A DNA stretch of 64,000 nt from Hormiphora californensis (GCA_020137815.1 CM035359.1:2046001-2110000); one strand, 5' to 3'. Positions 11,846 to 46,361 are shown, numbered from the stretch's first letter. Numbers and translations: made by a program. Notes: a model not told the origin generated them from the letters alone.

Positions 11846-12298
11846 CAGGAAGCGACCGAATATTCGGTTCGGTTCGGTTCGGAGATTCGGTGTTTTTTCG
11901 GTTCGGTTCGGTTCGGTTCGGTTCGGTGGAAAATTTTGGCCGAATCACCGAATTTTTTGTTCAAAAAATGGCCAAAAATCGGGCTTTTCGGCCATCATTT
12001 GTCAATTATTTCACGAAAATTTTTATGGATTTCAATGTCAATTTGACTTTGAAAATTTTTCACAAAATTGACTTTGAAATATTTTCCAAACTTTTTTATC
12101 AAATTTCAGAGAATGATTCTCAACACCTTGATCGGTGCTTTCCGTGAATTTTTAGAGAAAACTTTGCATATGAAAAATTTGCTGTGGTTCGGTTCGGTTC
12201 GGTAACCGAAATTCGGTTCGGTTCGGTTCGGTAAATTTTTTTTCCCGATTCGGTTCGGTTCGGTTCGGTGGTAAAAATCCCGGTTCGGTCGTTTCCTG
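11846..12298. mobile_element. hAT-like MITE with (TTCGG)n subterminal repeats
   Basis: CAGGAAGCGACCGAA...TTCGGTCGTTTCCTG termini; perfect 8-bp TSD GCCCCCAC. Confidence 0.85.
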
Positions 12299-12358
12299 GC
12301 CCCCACTATAACAGCTAGTACTAATAGTAATATAGTGGTATTCTCCCCCACAATTCAG

Positions 12359-32408
<20,050 letters not shown>

Positions 32409-32851
32409 GCAGACAGAGACTGGGAGAGAAGATGAAGAAGAAGAAGAGGATACATCATGATGATGCAGAAGAAGAAGAAGAAGAGAAAGAGAAGCAGTTC
32501 TGTGATATAGCTGCAGTGAACCAACACACATAAACTAACTAAGCAATACGGCAACTTGCCAAGTTAGACTGTTATTATTTAACATAAAAAAGAGTTTGAA
32601 AAAAATAAACGGCAGCTTGATCCAACAAATATTAGGGGAAATTTAAAGTATGCATGGCCTTGTTTTTACAAAGAAATTGCTGGTTATTCATTAGCTTGAA
32701 AAAGATAATAATTCACAGGCAGATGGTTTAAAATAACTCTCCCGCCCAGTCCGATCCAGTTAACAAGTTATGAGCACGGGGCCGTTTCGACAATCGAAGC
32801 CTCTAATTAGATAGTTGGTAAGGAGAGAAGAACTGCCACTTCAAAAACAAC

Positions 32852-35800
32852 GGTAGTATGGTAGTTAAGGTCGTGCGCACTTTTTGGCGCCATTTGGCGC
32901 CAAATTGGCGCCACGTGGCGCCACGTGGCGATATTTTAGCGCCAAATGGCGCCAAAATTTGGCGACTGCGCACAACCGCCAATTTGGCGCCAAAATGGCG
33001 CCAAGTTGGCGATTTTTTGGCGCCAAATGGCGCCACGTGGCGCCAAGTGGCGCCACGTGGCGATTGTAAATCGCCAAGTGTTGGCGGTAATTGGCGGTAC
33101 CGCCACGTGGCGATGCGCATTTTTCTGGATAAACTGTGCCCACCGCCAAGTGGCGCCAAATTGGCGCCAAATTGGCGCCAGGTATTTTTTAGTCTTGGCG
33201 CCAAATTGGCGCCAAATTAGCGCCACTTGGCGAGTGCGAACATTCAGAAGCGTAAATTAACCACATTTTTGTCGCCAACTTAGCGCCAACTTAGCGCCAA
33301 ATTGGCGCAAAGTGCCAAACACCGCCAATTTGGCGCCAACTTAGCGCCAAATTGGCGATTGGCTACAAATCGCCAGTTTGGCGCTAAGTTGGCGCTAAGT
33401 GCCAAGCACCGCCAATTTGGCGCCAACTTAGCGCCAAATTGGCGATTTGTAGCCAATCGCCAATTTGGCGCTGAGTGCCAAGCACCGCCAAATTAGCGCC
33501 AAATTGGCGATTGGCTACAAATCGCCAAATTAGCGCCAACAATTTGGCGCTAAGTGCCAAGCACCGCCAATTTGGCGCCAAATTGGCGGTGCTTGGCACT
33601 CAGTGCCAAATTGGCGATTGGCTACAAATCGCCAATTTGGCGCTAAGTTGGCGCCAAATTGGCGGTGCTTGGCACTTAGCGCCAACTTAGCGCCAAATTG
33701 GCGATTTGTAGCCAATCGCCAATTTGGCGCTAAGTGCCAAGCACCGCCAATTTGGCGCCAACTTAGCGCCAAATTGGCGATTTGTAGCCAATAGCCAATT
33801 TGGCGCTAAGTGCCAAGCACCGCCAATTTGGCGCCAATTTGGCGCCACTTGGCGATCACCGCCAAATTGGCGCTATGTTGGCGGCAATCGCCAATTTGGA
33901 AATTGGCGGCAATCGCCAAGTAGCGCCAGATTGGCGCCAATTTGGCGCCAAATGGCGCTAATTGGCGATCGCCGCCAATTTGGCGCTAAGTTGGCGATTG
34001 AATACAAATCGCCATTTTGGCGCCAAATTGGCGCTATGTTGGCGGCAATCGCCAATTTAGAAATTGGCGGCGATCGCCAAGTAGCGCCAGATTGGCGCCA
34101 ATTTGGCGCCAAATGGTGCTACTTGGCGATCGCCGCCAACATGGCGCCAATTTGGCGCTAAGTTGGCGGCAATCGCCAAAATGGCGCTAAGTTGGCGATT
34201 GAATACAAATCGCCAAGTAGCGCCATTTGGCGCCAAATTGGCGCCAATCTGGGTAGTCCCGCCATGGCGGTAGTCAATCGCCACATGGCAAAATTTTGGC
34301 GCCAAACACGCCATATGGCGGTCGGGAGTGGCGCCACACCACGGGAGTGGCGCCATACATGCTCTGGCGGTACTTGGATGGCGGTGGCGTGTGGCGCCAT
34401 TTGTTGAATATGGCGCCAACTTATGGCGCTAACAAAAAAACCGATTTCTGGAGTGGCGCCACACCACTGGAGTGGCGCCACATTTTAAAAACTCTGGCGG
34501 TATGCAAGTGGTATGTGTGTGGCGCCAACTGTTGTCGTGGCGGTAGTCAAACGGCGCCACACATTAGCGCCACATTAATGGCGCCACATGATAATGGCGC
34601 CACATGATCATGTGGCGCCATATGGACATTGCCGAGAATGAGCCCTTCCGTGAGCGCATTTTTTGAAGTTGTCTGTGTCACCTACATAAGCCTGTCAAAA
34701 CGTGTTTCGACATAGAACTCACTAGCGGCAAGCCAATTCCGGTTGTAAATTCTAGGTATAGGCCCCCTGAACATAAAAAACCAAAATGTCAGTCTCAATT
34801 TTTTGGGGGAAGGTGTGTAATTAGCCCCTAATTGATTGGTAATTGAGCATAAGGAGAAAAACGCTGTATCTACCCTTAGGAAAGGAGTAGAGATAAAATT
34901 AAGGGCACCAAAGTGTTCAGTGTCCTCGCATTAGTGGGGGTAGATGCCAGAATAAAGTCTTTATCTCATCCGGTTAATTGGATAACTGGATAATTAGACC
35001 TGCACATATAGCCGTTTGCTGGCCATATGGCTGTATATAGCCATGTTAGGAAAGGAGTAGAGACACAACCGGGGGCACTGAAATGTTCAGCGTTCTCGAA
35101 TTAGTGGGGGTATACCTATAGGTGCTGAAATTAAGTCTCTATCTCATCCGGTTAATTAGATAATTGAATAATTAGGTTTAAACATAACCGTTTAAGGCTA
35201 TTATATGGCTATCGAGGTGAGACACTATGTGTTGAGACGCGCACAATGCGACAATGCGCCTCCATAGCCACGTAGAAATTGTTTAGAGACTTTTCATTGG
35301 TGCAATTTTGTAGGCAATGGCCAAGTTATGGGGGGTCGACGTCGGACTTTTAAGCTCCATCTTCAACCGTTTAGCCGTTATTTGGTGCTCAAAATTAGCA
35401 AAAAACGGTAAAAAGCCCACATTTATGGCGCCATACAAGAGTGGCGCCACATAAATGTTGGCGCCATCCAGTATACGTTAGCGCCAATAAGGATGGCGGT
35501 GGCGGTAGTCAAACAGTGCCATATGTTGGCGTTACAAAATATTTTGAGTGGCGCCACTTTTTTATGTGGCGCCACTCCAGTGGTGTGGCGCCACTCCAGA
35601 AATCGGTTTTTTTGTTGGCGCCACAAGTTAGCGCCAAATTCAACAACTGGCGCCAAACTCCACCGCCATCTAAGTACCGCCAGAGCATGAATGGCGCCAC
35701 TTCCGTGGTATGGCGCCACTCCCGACCGCCACATGGCGATTGCAACCGCCATGTGGCGATTGACTACCGCCATGGCGGGACTACCCCAATCTGGCGCTAA

Positions 35801-36243
35801 AATGGCGACAATCGCCAATCACCGCCAATTTGGCGCCACTTGGCGCCATTTGGCGCCACTTGGCGATAGGAATTCCTCTGATGGACGTTATGAATATTTG
35901 GAATTTTAGGTACTATCGCCAATTTGGCGCCAATTTGGCGCCACTTGGCGATGGACACAGTTTATTCAGACAAATTCGCATCGCCACGTGGCGGTACCGC
36001 CAAATACCGCCAACACTTGGCGATTTACAATCGCCACGTGGCGCCACTTGGCGCCACGTGGCGCCATTTGGCGCCAAAAAATCGCCAACTTGGCGCCATT
36101 TTGGCGCCAAATTGGCGGTTGTGCGCAGTCGCCAAATTTTGGCGCCATTTGGCGCTAAAATATCGCCACGTGGCGCCAAATTGGCGCCAATTTGGCGCCA
36201 AATGGCGCCAAAAAGTGCGCACGACCTTAACTACCATACTACC
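32852..36243 (+). mobile_element. Merlin-like non-autonomous element A, saturated with GGCGCC
   Basis: TIR GGTAGTATGGTAGTTAAGGTCGTGCGCAC; perfect 8-bp TSD AAAACAAC; unique core ~34620-35425. Confidence 0.85.
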
Positions 36244-36525
36244 AAAACAACAGCTGTGTATAACAATCTGGTTTCAATATTTCAAAGCAAACGGTTAATC
36301 AGCGTAAATTAGAGCATTGTTGCATTGACAAGTTACCTAAAACTTTTCGTTTATCTTATCATTTTTTCGATTTTTCATGAGTTTTTCAGAATTTGTGGTG
36401 TATACATGACTGAGCGCTGCAAAAAACACTTTGGATCCGCTGAAATGCATGAATAATCGAAACAATAACATAGACAAAAAGTTTTAGGTATTTTGTCAGC
36501 TTTCAAAGCAATATTATTTTTCAAT

Positions 36526-39500
36526 CTATTCTGCTTTCGTCGCCCCACTCTGACTGGGACGATCATGACCGATTTCAATGTCAGGAATAGATGCTGGTGA
36601 TTCAATCCCCTCTTCGCGGCAGGCTGGAAGGGTAACTCTGTCACCAAGAATCTCAATCATAGATGTATCCGATATTTTAGATGTTGCCGTCAGAACTTGG
36701 GATGAATCCGAATCTTGTTTATTGGCACTCTCTCTGTTCACATCCCGCATTTCCATTACATTTTTGTTCCCTGGCCTTGGACCTGTTTCAGTGAAATAAT
36801 GAAATATTAATGATTCGATATTAGCGAATATTAAGAAACCGGAAAACATTAATATTATTAAATATTAATATTATTAAACCTTTAGTGATGGATCTGCAAC
36901 AGCAGGTGTCCCTAATGGACTCTACCATGGCCCAAAACATGCGCCGTAGATTCTGGCTCCTAAAGAAGATGATCAGACTGCAGAGGTTGAGGTCGATAAA
37001 CAAAGGTATTTTAGTTCCCATGTACATAACCTGAGGGTGGAGGGGTAGTGGTTGACCGTGTATAAGGTCAGAGACAGAGACAGAGACAGAGACAGAGACA
37101 GAGACAGAGACAGAGACAGAGACAGAGACAGAGACAGAGACAGAGACAGAGACAGAGACAGAGACAGAGACAGAGACAGAGACAGAGACAGAGACAGAGA
37201 CAGAGACAGAGACAGAGACAGAGACAGAGACAGAGACAGAGACAGAGACAGAGACAGAGACAGAGACAGAGACAGAGACAGAGACAGAGACAGAGACAGA
37301 GACAGAGACAGAGACAGAGACAGAGACAGAGACAGAGACAGAGACAGAGACAGAGACAGAGACAGAGACAGAGACAGAGACAGAGACAGAGACAGAGACA
37401 GAGACAGAGACAGAGACAGAGACAGAGACAGAGACAGAGACAGAGACAGAGACAGAGACAGACACAGACACAGACACAGACACAGACACAGACACAGACA
37501 CAGACACAGACACAGACACAGACACAGACACAGACACAGACACAGACACAGACACAGACACAGACACAGACACAGACACAGACACAGACACAGACACAGA
37601 CACAGACACAGACACAGACACAGACACAGACACAGACACAGACACAGACACAGACACAGACACAGACACAGACACAGACACAGACACAGACACAGACACA
37701 GACACAGACACAGACACAGACACAGACACAGACACAGACACAGACACAGACACAGACACAGACACAGACACAGACACAGACACAGACACAGACACAGACA
37801 CAGACACAGACACAGACACAGACACAGACACAGACACAGACACAGACACAGACACAGACACAGACACAGACACAGACACAGACACAGACACAGACACAGA
37901 CACAGAAAGTAAAGAATTCACCTTAGTGCAGCATCTGGTTCTCGTGTAGATACCTGAAGACCTTTGTGCTCCTACTTACACCACATGTTATTGCAAATAT
38001 CAAAAAGGAACACATATTGACCTGAGGGATAAAACGATACGAATATTATGGGGGACATATCATGTCGCATATGAGACGCAAAACTACGTCCAATGGATAT
38101 TATCCGATCCTTGGATATTATCCGATCCTTGGATATTATCCGATCCTTATGGATATTATCCGATCCTTGGATATTATCCGATCCTTATGGATATTATCCG
38201 ATCCTTGGATATTATCCGATCCTTGGATATTATCCGATCCTTGTGGATATTATCCGATCCTTGGATATTATCCGATCCTTGGATATTATCCGAACCTTGG
38301 ATATTATCCGATCCTTATGGATATTATCCGATCCTTGGATATTATCCGATCCTTGGATATTATCCGATCCTTATGGATATTATCCGATCCTTGGATATTA
38401 TCCGATCCTTGGATATTATCCGATCCTTATGGATATTATCCGATCCTTATGGATATTATCCGATCCTTGGATATTATCCGATCCTTATGGATATTATCCG
38501 ATCTTTATGGATATTATCCGATCCTTATGGATATTATCCGATCAGCTTCGATATTATCCGATCCTTGGATATTATCCGATCCTTGGATACATTCTATTTA
38601 TCCGGATATTTCTATAACTTACCACTAATATTGCCAAAATGGTTACTGTCTGGTGCCTCTGCCGCTGACCCATATCACTACAAACGGCATTTTTCGCATA
38701 GATCCACATACCAATAACCTGTAAAGGAACTGTCAGAGCATTGGCCTGACAGTAAAGGAATATAGCTTCAATCGCCGATTATGATTTAGTTTGGCGCAGG
38801 GAAGGAAGGTCGAACAAGGCAAGATAAAAACTAAGCCATTTAGTACTGAAAAGGGTAGTATGGTAGTTAAGGTCGTGCGCACTTTTTGGCGCCATTTGGC
38901 GCCACGTGGCGCCACGTGGCGATATTTTAGCGCCAAATGGCGCCAAAATTTGGCGACTGCGCACAACCGCCAATTTGGCGCCAAAATGGCGCCAAGTTGG
39001 CGATTTTTTGGCGCCAAATGGCGCCACGTGGCGCCAAGTGGCGCCACGTGGCGATTGTAAATCGCCAAGTGTTGGCGGTATTTGGCGGTACCGCCACGTG
39101 GCGATGCGAATTTGTCTGAATAAACTGTGTCCATCGCCAAGTGGCGCCAAATTGGCGCCAAATTGGCGATAGTACCTAAAATTCGAAATATTCATAACGT
39201 CCATCAGAGGAATTCCTATCGCCAAGTGGCGCCAATTTGGCGCTAAATTGGCGATTAGATACAAATCGCCAACTTAGCGCCAAATTGGCGCTGCTTGGCG
39301 ATTGCCGCCAACTTAGCGCCAATTTGGCGCCAAATGGCGCTGCTTGGCGCCAAATTGGCGATTGGACACAAATCGCCAACTTAGCGCTGCTTGGCGATTG
39401 CCGCCAACTTAGCGCCAAAATGGCGATTGGCGCCAAATTAGCGCCAAATTAGCGCCAATTTGGCGCCAAATGGCGCTGCTTGGCGCCAATTTAGCGCCAA

Positions 39501-42500
39501 ATTGGCGATTGGATACATATCGCCAACTAAGCGCCAAATTGGCGCCAAAATGGCGATTGGCGCCAAATTAGCGCCAATTTGGCGCCAAATGGCGCTACTT
39601 GGCGCCAATTTAGCGCCAAATTGGCGATTGGATACAAATCGCCAACTTAGCGCCAAATTGGCGCCAATTTGGCGATTGGCGCCAATTTAGCGCCAATTTG
39701 GCGCCAAATGGCGCTACTTGGCGCCAATTTAGCGCCAAATTGGCGATTGGATACAAATCGCCAATTTAGCGCTAAGTTGGCGATTTGTATCAAATCGCCA
39801 ATTTGGCGCTAAATTGGCGCCAAGTAGCGCCATTTGGCGCCAAATTGGCGCTAAATTGGCGCCAATCGCCAAATTGGCGCCAATTTGGCGCTAAGTTGGC
39901 GATTTGTATCCAATCGCCAATTTGGCGCTAAATTGGCGCCAAGTAGCGCCATTTGGCGCCAAATTGGCGCTTATCGCCAAGCAGCGCCAATTTGGCGCCA
40001 AGATTGCGCCAAAGAGGTGGTTAATTTCCGCTTCTGAACGTTCCCACTCGCCAAGTGGCGCCAATTTGGCGCCAATTTGGCGCCAAGAGTGAAAAGTACA
40101 TGGCGCCAATTTGGCGCCAATTTGGCGCCACTTGGCGATGGACACAGTTTATTCAGACAAATTCGCATCGCCACGTGGCGGTACCGCCAAATACCGCCAA
40201 CACTTGGCGATTTACAATCGCCACGTGGCGCCACTTGGCGCCACGTGGCGCCATTTGGCGCCAAAAAATCGCCAACTTGGGGTAGTCCCGCCATGGCGGT
40301 AGTCAATCGCCACATGGCGGTTGCAATCGCCATGTGGCGGTCGGGAGTGGCGCCATACCACGGAAGTGGCGCCATACATGCTCTGGCGGTACTTAGATGG
40401 CGGTGGAGTTTGGCGCCAGTTGTTGAATTTGGCGCTAACTTGTGGCGCCAACAAAAAAACCGATTTCTGGAGTGGCGCCACACCACTGGAGTGGCGCCAC
40501 ATAAAAAAGTGGCGCCACTCAAAATATTTTGTAACGCCAACATATGGCACTGTTTGACTACCGCCACCGCCATCCTTATTGGCGCTAACGTATACTGGAT
40601 GGCGCCAACATTTATGTGGCGCCACTCTTGTATGGCGCCATAAATGTGGGCTTTTTACCGTTTTTTGCTAATTTTGAGCACCTTTAAAGCCAAATAACGG
40701 CTAAACGGTTGAAGATGGAGCTTAAAAGTCCGACGTCGACCCCCCATAACTTGGCCATTGCCTATAACAAAATTGCACCCATGAAAAGTCTCTTAACAAT
40801 TCCTACGTGGCTATGGAGGCGCCTGGCGCATTGTCGCATTGTGCGCGTCTCAACACATAGTGTCTCACCTCCATAGCCATATAATAGCCTTAAACGGTTA
40901 TGTTTAAACCTAATTATCCAATTATCTAATTAACCGGATGAGATAGAGACTTAATTTCAGCACCTCCACTAATTCGAGAACGCTGAACATTTCAGTGCCC
41001 CCGGTTGTGTCTCTACTCCTTTCCTAACATGGCTATATATAGCCATATGGCCAGCAAACGGCTATATGTGCAGGTCTAATTATCCAATTATCCAATTAAC
41101 CAGATGAGATAAAGACTTTATTCTGGCATCTACCCCCACTAATGCGAGGACACTGAACACTTTGGTGCCCTTAATTTTATCTCTACTCCTTTCCTAAGGG
41201 TAGATACAGCGTTTTTCTCCTTATGCTCAATTACCAATCAATTAGGGGCTAATTACACACCTTCCCCCAAAAAATTGAGACTGACATTTTGGTTTTTTAT
41301 GTTCATGGGGCCTATACCTAGAATTTACAACCGGAATTGGCTTGCCGCTAGTGAGTTCTATGTCGAAACACGTTTTGACAGGCTTATGTAGGTGACACAG
41401 ACAACTTCAAAAAATGCGCTCACGGAAGGGCTCATTCTCGGCAATGTCCATATGGCGCCACATGATCATGTGGCGCCATTATCATGTGGCGCCATTAATG
41501 TGGCGCTAATGTGTGGCGCCATTTGACTACCGCCACGACAACAGTTGGCGCCACACACATACCACTTGCATACCGCCAGAGTTTTTAAAATGTGGCGCCA
41601 CTCCAGTGGTGTGGCGCCACTCCAGAAATCGGTTTTTTTGTTAGCGCCATAAGTTGGCGCCATATTCAACAAATGGCGCCACACGCCACCGCCATCCAAG
41701 TACCGCCAGAGCATGTATGGCGCCACTCCCGTGGTGTGGCGCCACTCCCGACCGCCATATGGCGTGTTTGGCGCCAAAATTTTGCCATGTGGCGATTGAC
41801 TACCGCCATGGCGGGACTACCTAACTTGGCGCCATTTTGGCGCCAAATTGGCGGTTGTGCGCAGTCGCCAAATTTTGGCGCCATTTGGCGCTAAAATATC
41901 GCCACGTGGCGCCACGTGGCGCCAAAATGGCGCCAATTTGGCGCCAAATGGCGCCAAAAAGTGCGCACGACCTTAACTACCATACTACCCTGAAAAGTAT
42001 GCAGTACTGCAGTATGAGCTCACAAATAAAAAGAGAGACCCAAAGGCCAGGGTCGCCATTATGGATGATGGTATCGTGGTAAGTAGTAGGAATCTCACAG
42101 GATCTTCCTCCACCGGCTGACAGTCGTTCACGGATATACAAAATGATGGCTGGGGAAGGAAGAGATAATTACAAGTTATTCAAAAAGATGTCTTGTAGTA
42201 AAACTATAAAATAGTCAAACCTCGATTTATCGTGCAAAAATTCATCCCCCGAGTTCACTGAATGGAGGTTTGACTATAGTCGAGCTATTAAATAGTTGGA
42301 GTCCCACCACCTAATACTGCAGTTAGAGCAGCTATTAAAAATAAAATAACGGAGCGTTCTTGATACCCTTGATTTGGCGTGAGATATCATTGTGAATACT
42401 ATCTCAATGCTTTGGAAGATCAGAGCTCCGGTAAAAATTGCCAGAACTGGTTTCACCCGTATTCTAAAATGATAATTTGAAAAAGAAATTGTTAGTTTTG

Positions 42501-42513
42501 TTAGAGAGAGAGG

Positions 42514-42603
<90 letters not shown>

Positions 42604-44538
42604 CCATTACATACTACATAGAGAGAGATACTAATATGAAGCTGATATGTTGCCTGTACCTGTAAAAAGGCCGGTAGATATTCAATGTTCTCGAGCAACT
42701 CAAAGCGGTATTGATGGTGTTCTCAACCTTGATAACGAACCTGCAAAACAGCTCAGCACGTGTGTTAGAACGGTGCAGTGGTGGAGGGTACAGATACGAT
42801 TATAGGAATTATAGCGTGCAAAACTTTCCCCATAGTAGGGCAGAACGGTGTTTCTACCTATACTGCATTTTTGCTGTTATACACCAACTACACATGTCTA
42901 TTTGTGCGTCAGAGAAACAGTTAACTATATATTGGCCGCAGCCCCCCCCCCCCCCCCCCGGTCCTTCCCCCCCCCCCCCCCCGGTCCCCCCCCCCCCGGT
43001 CCTCCCACCACGTGTCGAGTAAGTTATTTTCACAACATACATCAATGCAGCCCCCCCCCCTGTCCTCCCACCACGTGTCGAGTAAGTTATTTTCACAACA
43101 TACATCAATGCCGCCCCCCCCCCCCTCCCGGTCCTCCCACCACGTCGAGCGAGGCAAGTTATTTTCACAACATACATCAATGCCGCCCCCCCCCCCCCCC
43201 CGGCCCTCCCACCACCGTTCTAACAAGGCAAGTTATTTTCACAACATACATTAATGCCGTGTTGTGCGCTATCATGAAATAATCTTTGCTCAATCCATTG
43301 GGTACGCTATGGCGTCTGTTATATACGTCGGTAGCGTAAACAAAATCGTAGTGGGACATGAAGGATGCCACCTGGGGAATAAATAAAAGTTTAAAAATAG
43401 AGATAAGATATAAACATTAAAAACACAAGGAACTCCAAACAGTGACCTCCAGACACTTTCTTTACTCAGAAAAAGTGCTAACTTAGTAAAGTGCGTGTGA
43501 GTTCAATATATACCTGACAAAACCCAATGATGCACACTAATATGTTAGCTGATGAGAGAAGGATGAACATTACAGAAACTATGCGAGTCTTCGTTTTCAA
43601 ATAGAACCTCAGTACCAACGCGTTCCCGAAGAATCCTAGTTAGGGGGTTGTTCGGATTTGAGACTACAGGATATGATGTAATATATGTAATAGGGGAAAG
43701 CAGTCGTGCTTGAATCTCACGGCTATTTATACCCCTGAGACCTGAGATCTCAGAGCTATAATATTTGGCTATTCCATGAAAATTTCCCTGAAATCTCAAA
43801 GAATAAAATTGCCGAAACCCTAAGATTTCAGGTCTCAGAATTAAATAGCCGTGACGAGGTCACTGGCCTAAACCTAAGAGTCATGAGGCACGACCCCAAA
43901 TGGCTTATTTCTTACGCGGCGTCATACACATTTTCATTTGGAATTTTCACTTGGAATTTTCATTTGAAAACCATCTACGCGCATGCACGTGCAAGCTTCA
44001 AACACAAGTTAGAAGCACGGGACCTTCACCAACTTATTTGTTTTGATCCAAGGATCACTTTAGTGAAGGTCCCATGGTTCTAACTTGTGTTTGAAGCTTG
44101 CACGTGCATGCGCGTGGATGGTTTTCAAATGAAAATTCCAAATGAAAATTCCAAATAAAAATGTGTATGACGGACTGTAACAACTATTACACCGTAATTT
44201 CATTTTGTCCCTGTTGATCAAGCCGGAAGGAGATACCATCTCTACAAACTATTATCATGCGGCTCATAAACAATTATCCGATACTTATCCTGTATTATTG
44301 GAAGAATTGGAGACCTTTAATTTTGTCTATTAATTAGTTGATTAATTAATTATTAATTATGTACTAATTAAGTAATTACCTGGAACGGATGCAGCAAGTA
44401 TGATAATACTCATGAAAATAAAGAAGGGCTCCATGATTGCTGCCGCAAAGGACCCAACGAATGATATTATACTGGAATCAGTAATTTGAAGCAATATTTA
44501 TAGGCGGATCAGGGGTAACAAGTAATTGTGAAGTTCAT
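36526..44538 (-). CDS. Multi-exon rhodopsin-like GPCR, possibly a disrupted allele or pseudogene
   Basis: Phase-compatible exons: TM1 (FIFMSIIILAASVPG, ends 44380); 43635-43514 (GNALVLRFY..LLSSANILVCIIG); 43371-43250; ~42740-42660 (LSCSRTLNIYRPFY); ~42463-42367; ~42150-42024 (FLLLTTIPSSIMATLA); ~38718-38623 (RHQTVTILAILV); ~38020; ~37030-36880 (LNLCSLIIFFRS); terminal exon ending 36526. Confidence 0.7.
37069..37905. repeat. Compound hexanucleotide microsatellite (CAGAGA)n then (CAGACA)n
   Basis: Perfect repeat with a single switch at ~37459; intronic to the GPCR. Confidence 0.95.
38094..38590. repeat. 18-20-bp minisatellite GGATATTATCCGATCCTT(AT)
   Basis: Direct tandem copies close to a donor site of the minus-strand GPCR. 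Confidence 0.95.
38854..41989 (-). mobile_element. Merlin-like element B, same family as A in inverted orientation, inside a GPCR intron
   Basis: Same TIR as A; perfect 8-bp TSD CTGAAAAG; core ~40640-41450 is the reverse complement of core A. Confidence 0.85.
42995..43260 (-). repeat. Tandem repeat (4 copies) of a GPCR exon end plus donor
   Basis: Minus-strand unit GCATTRAT|GTATGTTGTGAAAATAACTT with G-runs; the first copy is the junction at 43250. Confidence 0.8.
43914..44178. mobile_element. Palindromic MITE
   Basis: CGTCATACACATTTT...AAAATGTGTATGACG arms of ~100 bp; TA flanks. Confidence 0.6.
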
Positions 44539-45542
44539 TATTTGTGAAGTTCATTATATTTGAATAATTGCCTGTTTGTGAGAACTGCGGATCAGCTGTT
44601 AATCTCGAGCATGGCGGGACTTGCCTTGTTCGAGGGTCGACAAAGTTGGCACAAAGGAATACCATTAAAAGTGTTAAAGAAAGCAATCAGCCTCTCTATG
44701 ACTATGATCCACTTCACCCTTCACCAAATGAGTTAGATCCAGCATCTTGATGATACAAATATTGGAGGGAAATTGAAAATGCTTATGGGGGGGGGGGGGG
44801 TCTTTATCTCATATCCCGCCCTCCCTGCTGAATGCAGGTAGAGGGTGACTCCGTGACTCCGTGACAGTAAGGTAGTACTTACAAGCACTAACTTACGGGG
44901 CGGTGAATCTCATTTTTTTCACCCCTACTCAACAACATGACATAGCATGATATTATGAGTTAGAGGAACCATCATTCTGTCTAAATAACTAACGTCAGCG
45001 TGAATTAAGATAAGAAAAAAAGTTATTTATCGGTTGTAGCTGTCAACGATTGGTGCATGACATGGGGTGACTCGACATGTTCCCAGTCTGGTGGCGCTCA
45101 CACCGGGCCGAAGGCTTACGCGACGAGACGGATGGACAGTCTGCGTAGCATGGCAAGGAATGACCCGTGTAGACCATGGAATCGCCATAGACCCTGTTTG
45201 AAATAATCGGGTTCTCGGATCTGTGGATCCAGATACGAGTATATGAAAGGGGTGAGACGTATTATTATTTCATCACCCCTGCTGGAATTGTTGTGAGAGC
45301 GGTGATCAGAGATACTCTGGCCTGCACGATGCTGTTTGGAAAATGAAATTTCAATTTGTCCCAGTGTTTCAAATCGCGTGTCCAGATCAAAGGCATATGA
45401 CTTCTCGGAGATCAAAGGGAGGGAAGGGGGAGAAAGAGAAGCAGACAAAAGATAGGTAGAGGGCGGAGGAGCTTGGAGAGAATCGAGGCGAGAGGCGAGA
45501 GGAAGAGAGAGAGAGAGAGAGAGAGAGGAGACTAGAGATACT

Positions 45543-45611
<69 letters not shown>

Positions 45612-46204
45612 CCTTTTTCTCTCTCTCCCTTCTCTCTCTTTCCCCTGCGAAGATTGTCAGCTCTCTTATCAATTTATCGGTCCCTGCTGCTCCCTGGCGT
45701 CCCTGCACAGAATATTCTCACTGCTGCATAAATGCAAGATCATTTTCACCATTATTTGGGCGTTCTCTATTTCTTATTTTGTCAGGTTCTCTCCGCACAA
45801 GGATATTTTATCTTCTCTCCCCCCTCTCATTTTAATCTTAGACTAAATTTTGTTAGCTCCTTCTAGGCCATCCTATTTGGTATTTGCGAATCGCATTTTG
45901 TAGGCTCAGGTGCAGTAGGTACCTACATAAATTCTACCATCATTAGAGTAGAGAATGAGAGACCCGGTAAAGATTGGTGTTGCTTTTAGTTTACTCGGCC
46001 TATTCAAGGCAAATCCAAGCAATATTAGCGAGGAAAAAAGGGACACTTTTGTGCTGTCTGGCGCTCAGATCCGCTCAGATGGCCCCATCTGAGGGCATTT
46101 GAGAATCCGATCGGGGTCGGTAGATTTGAAGGGGATCACCATCATTTGATAGGAGCTATCGGAAGGTCCATAATTTGATCGAATAATGTAATTTCCTGTT
46201 GATA

Positions 46205-46361
46205 CAGTCGGACCCCGATTTACCGGGATGCTCGGGTGAAAGGATTTTACCCGGAAAATCGGGGTGCCCGGTATATCGGGGTCAAGTACAGCTAACTTCC
46301 TATATGGGGGGACGTTTATCCTCCCGGTAAATCGGGGTTCTGGTAAATTAGGGTCCGACTG
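46205..46361. mobile_element. pogo/Tc1-like MITE (related fragments at ~32196, 47312, 49330, 62385)
   Basis: TA-CAGTCGGACCCCGATTTA...GGGTCCGACTG-TA. Confidence 0.8.

Noticed and set aside
36821-37921. Poly-SV, RD and RH ORFs and the sharp microsatellite switch
   Set aside because: Intronic hexamer microsatellite; its length and the switch may come from gap filling.
32803-42082. Dozens of MAPNWRQ-type ORFs on both strands
   Set aside because: By-products of stop-poor GGCGCC arrays inside the Merlin-like elements; no transposase motif seen.
44568-45448. Short ORFs including a CENC motif
   Set aside because: No splice-consistent model or recognisable domain, so there is not enough support.
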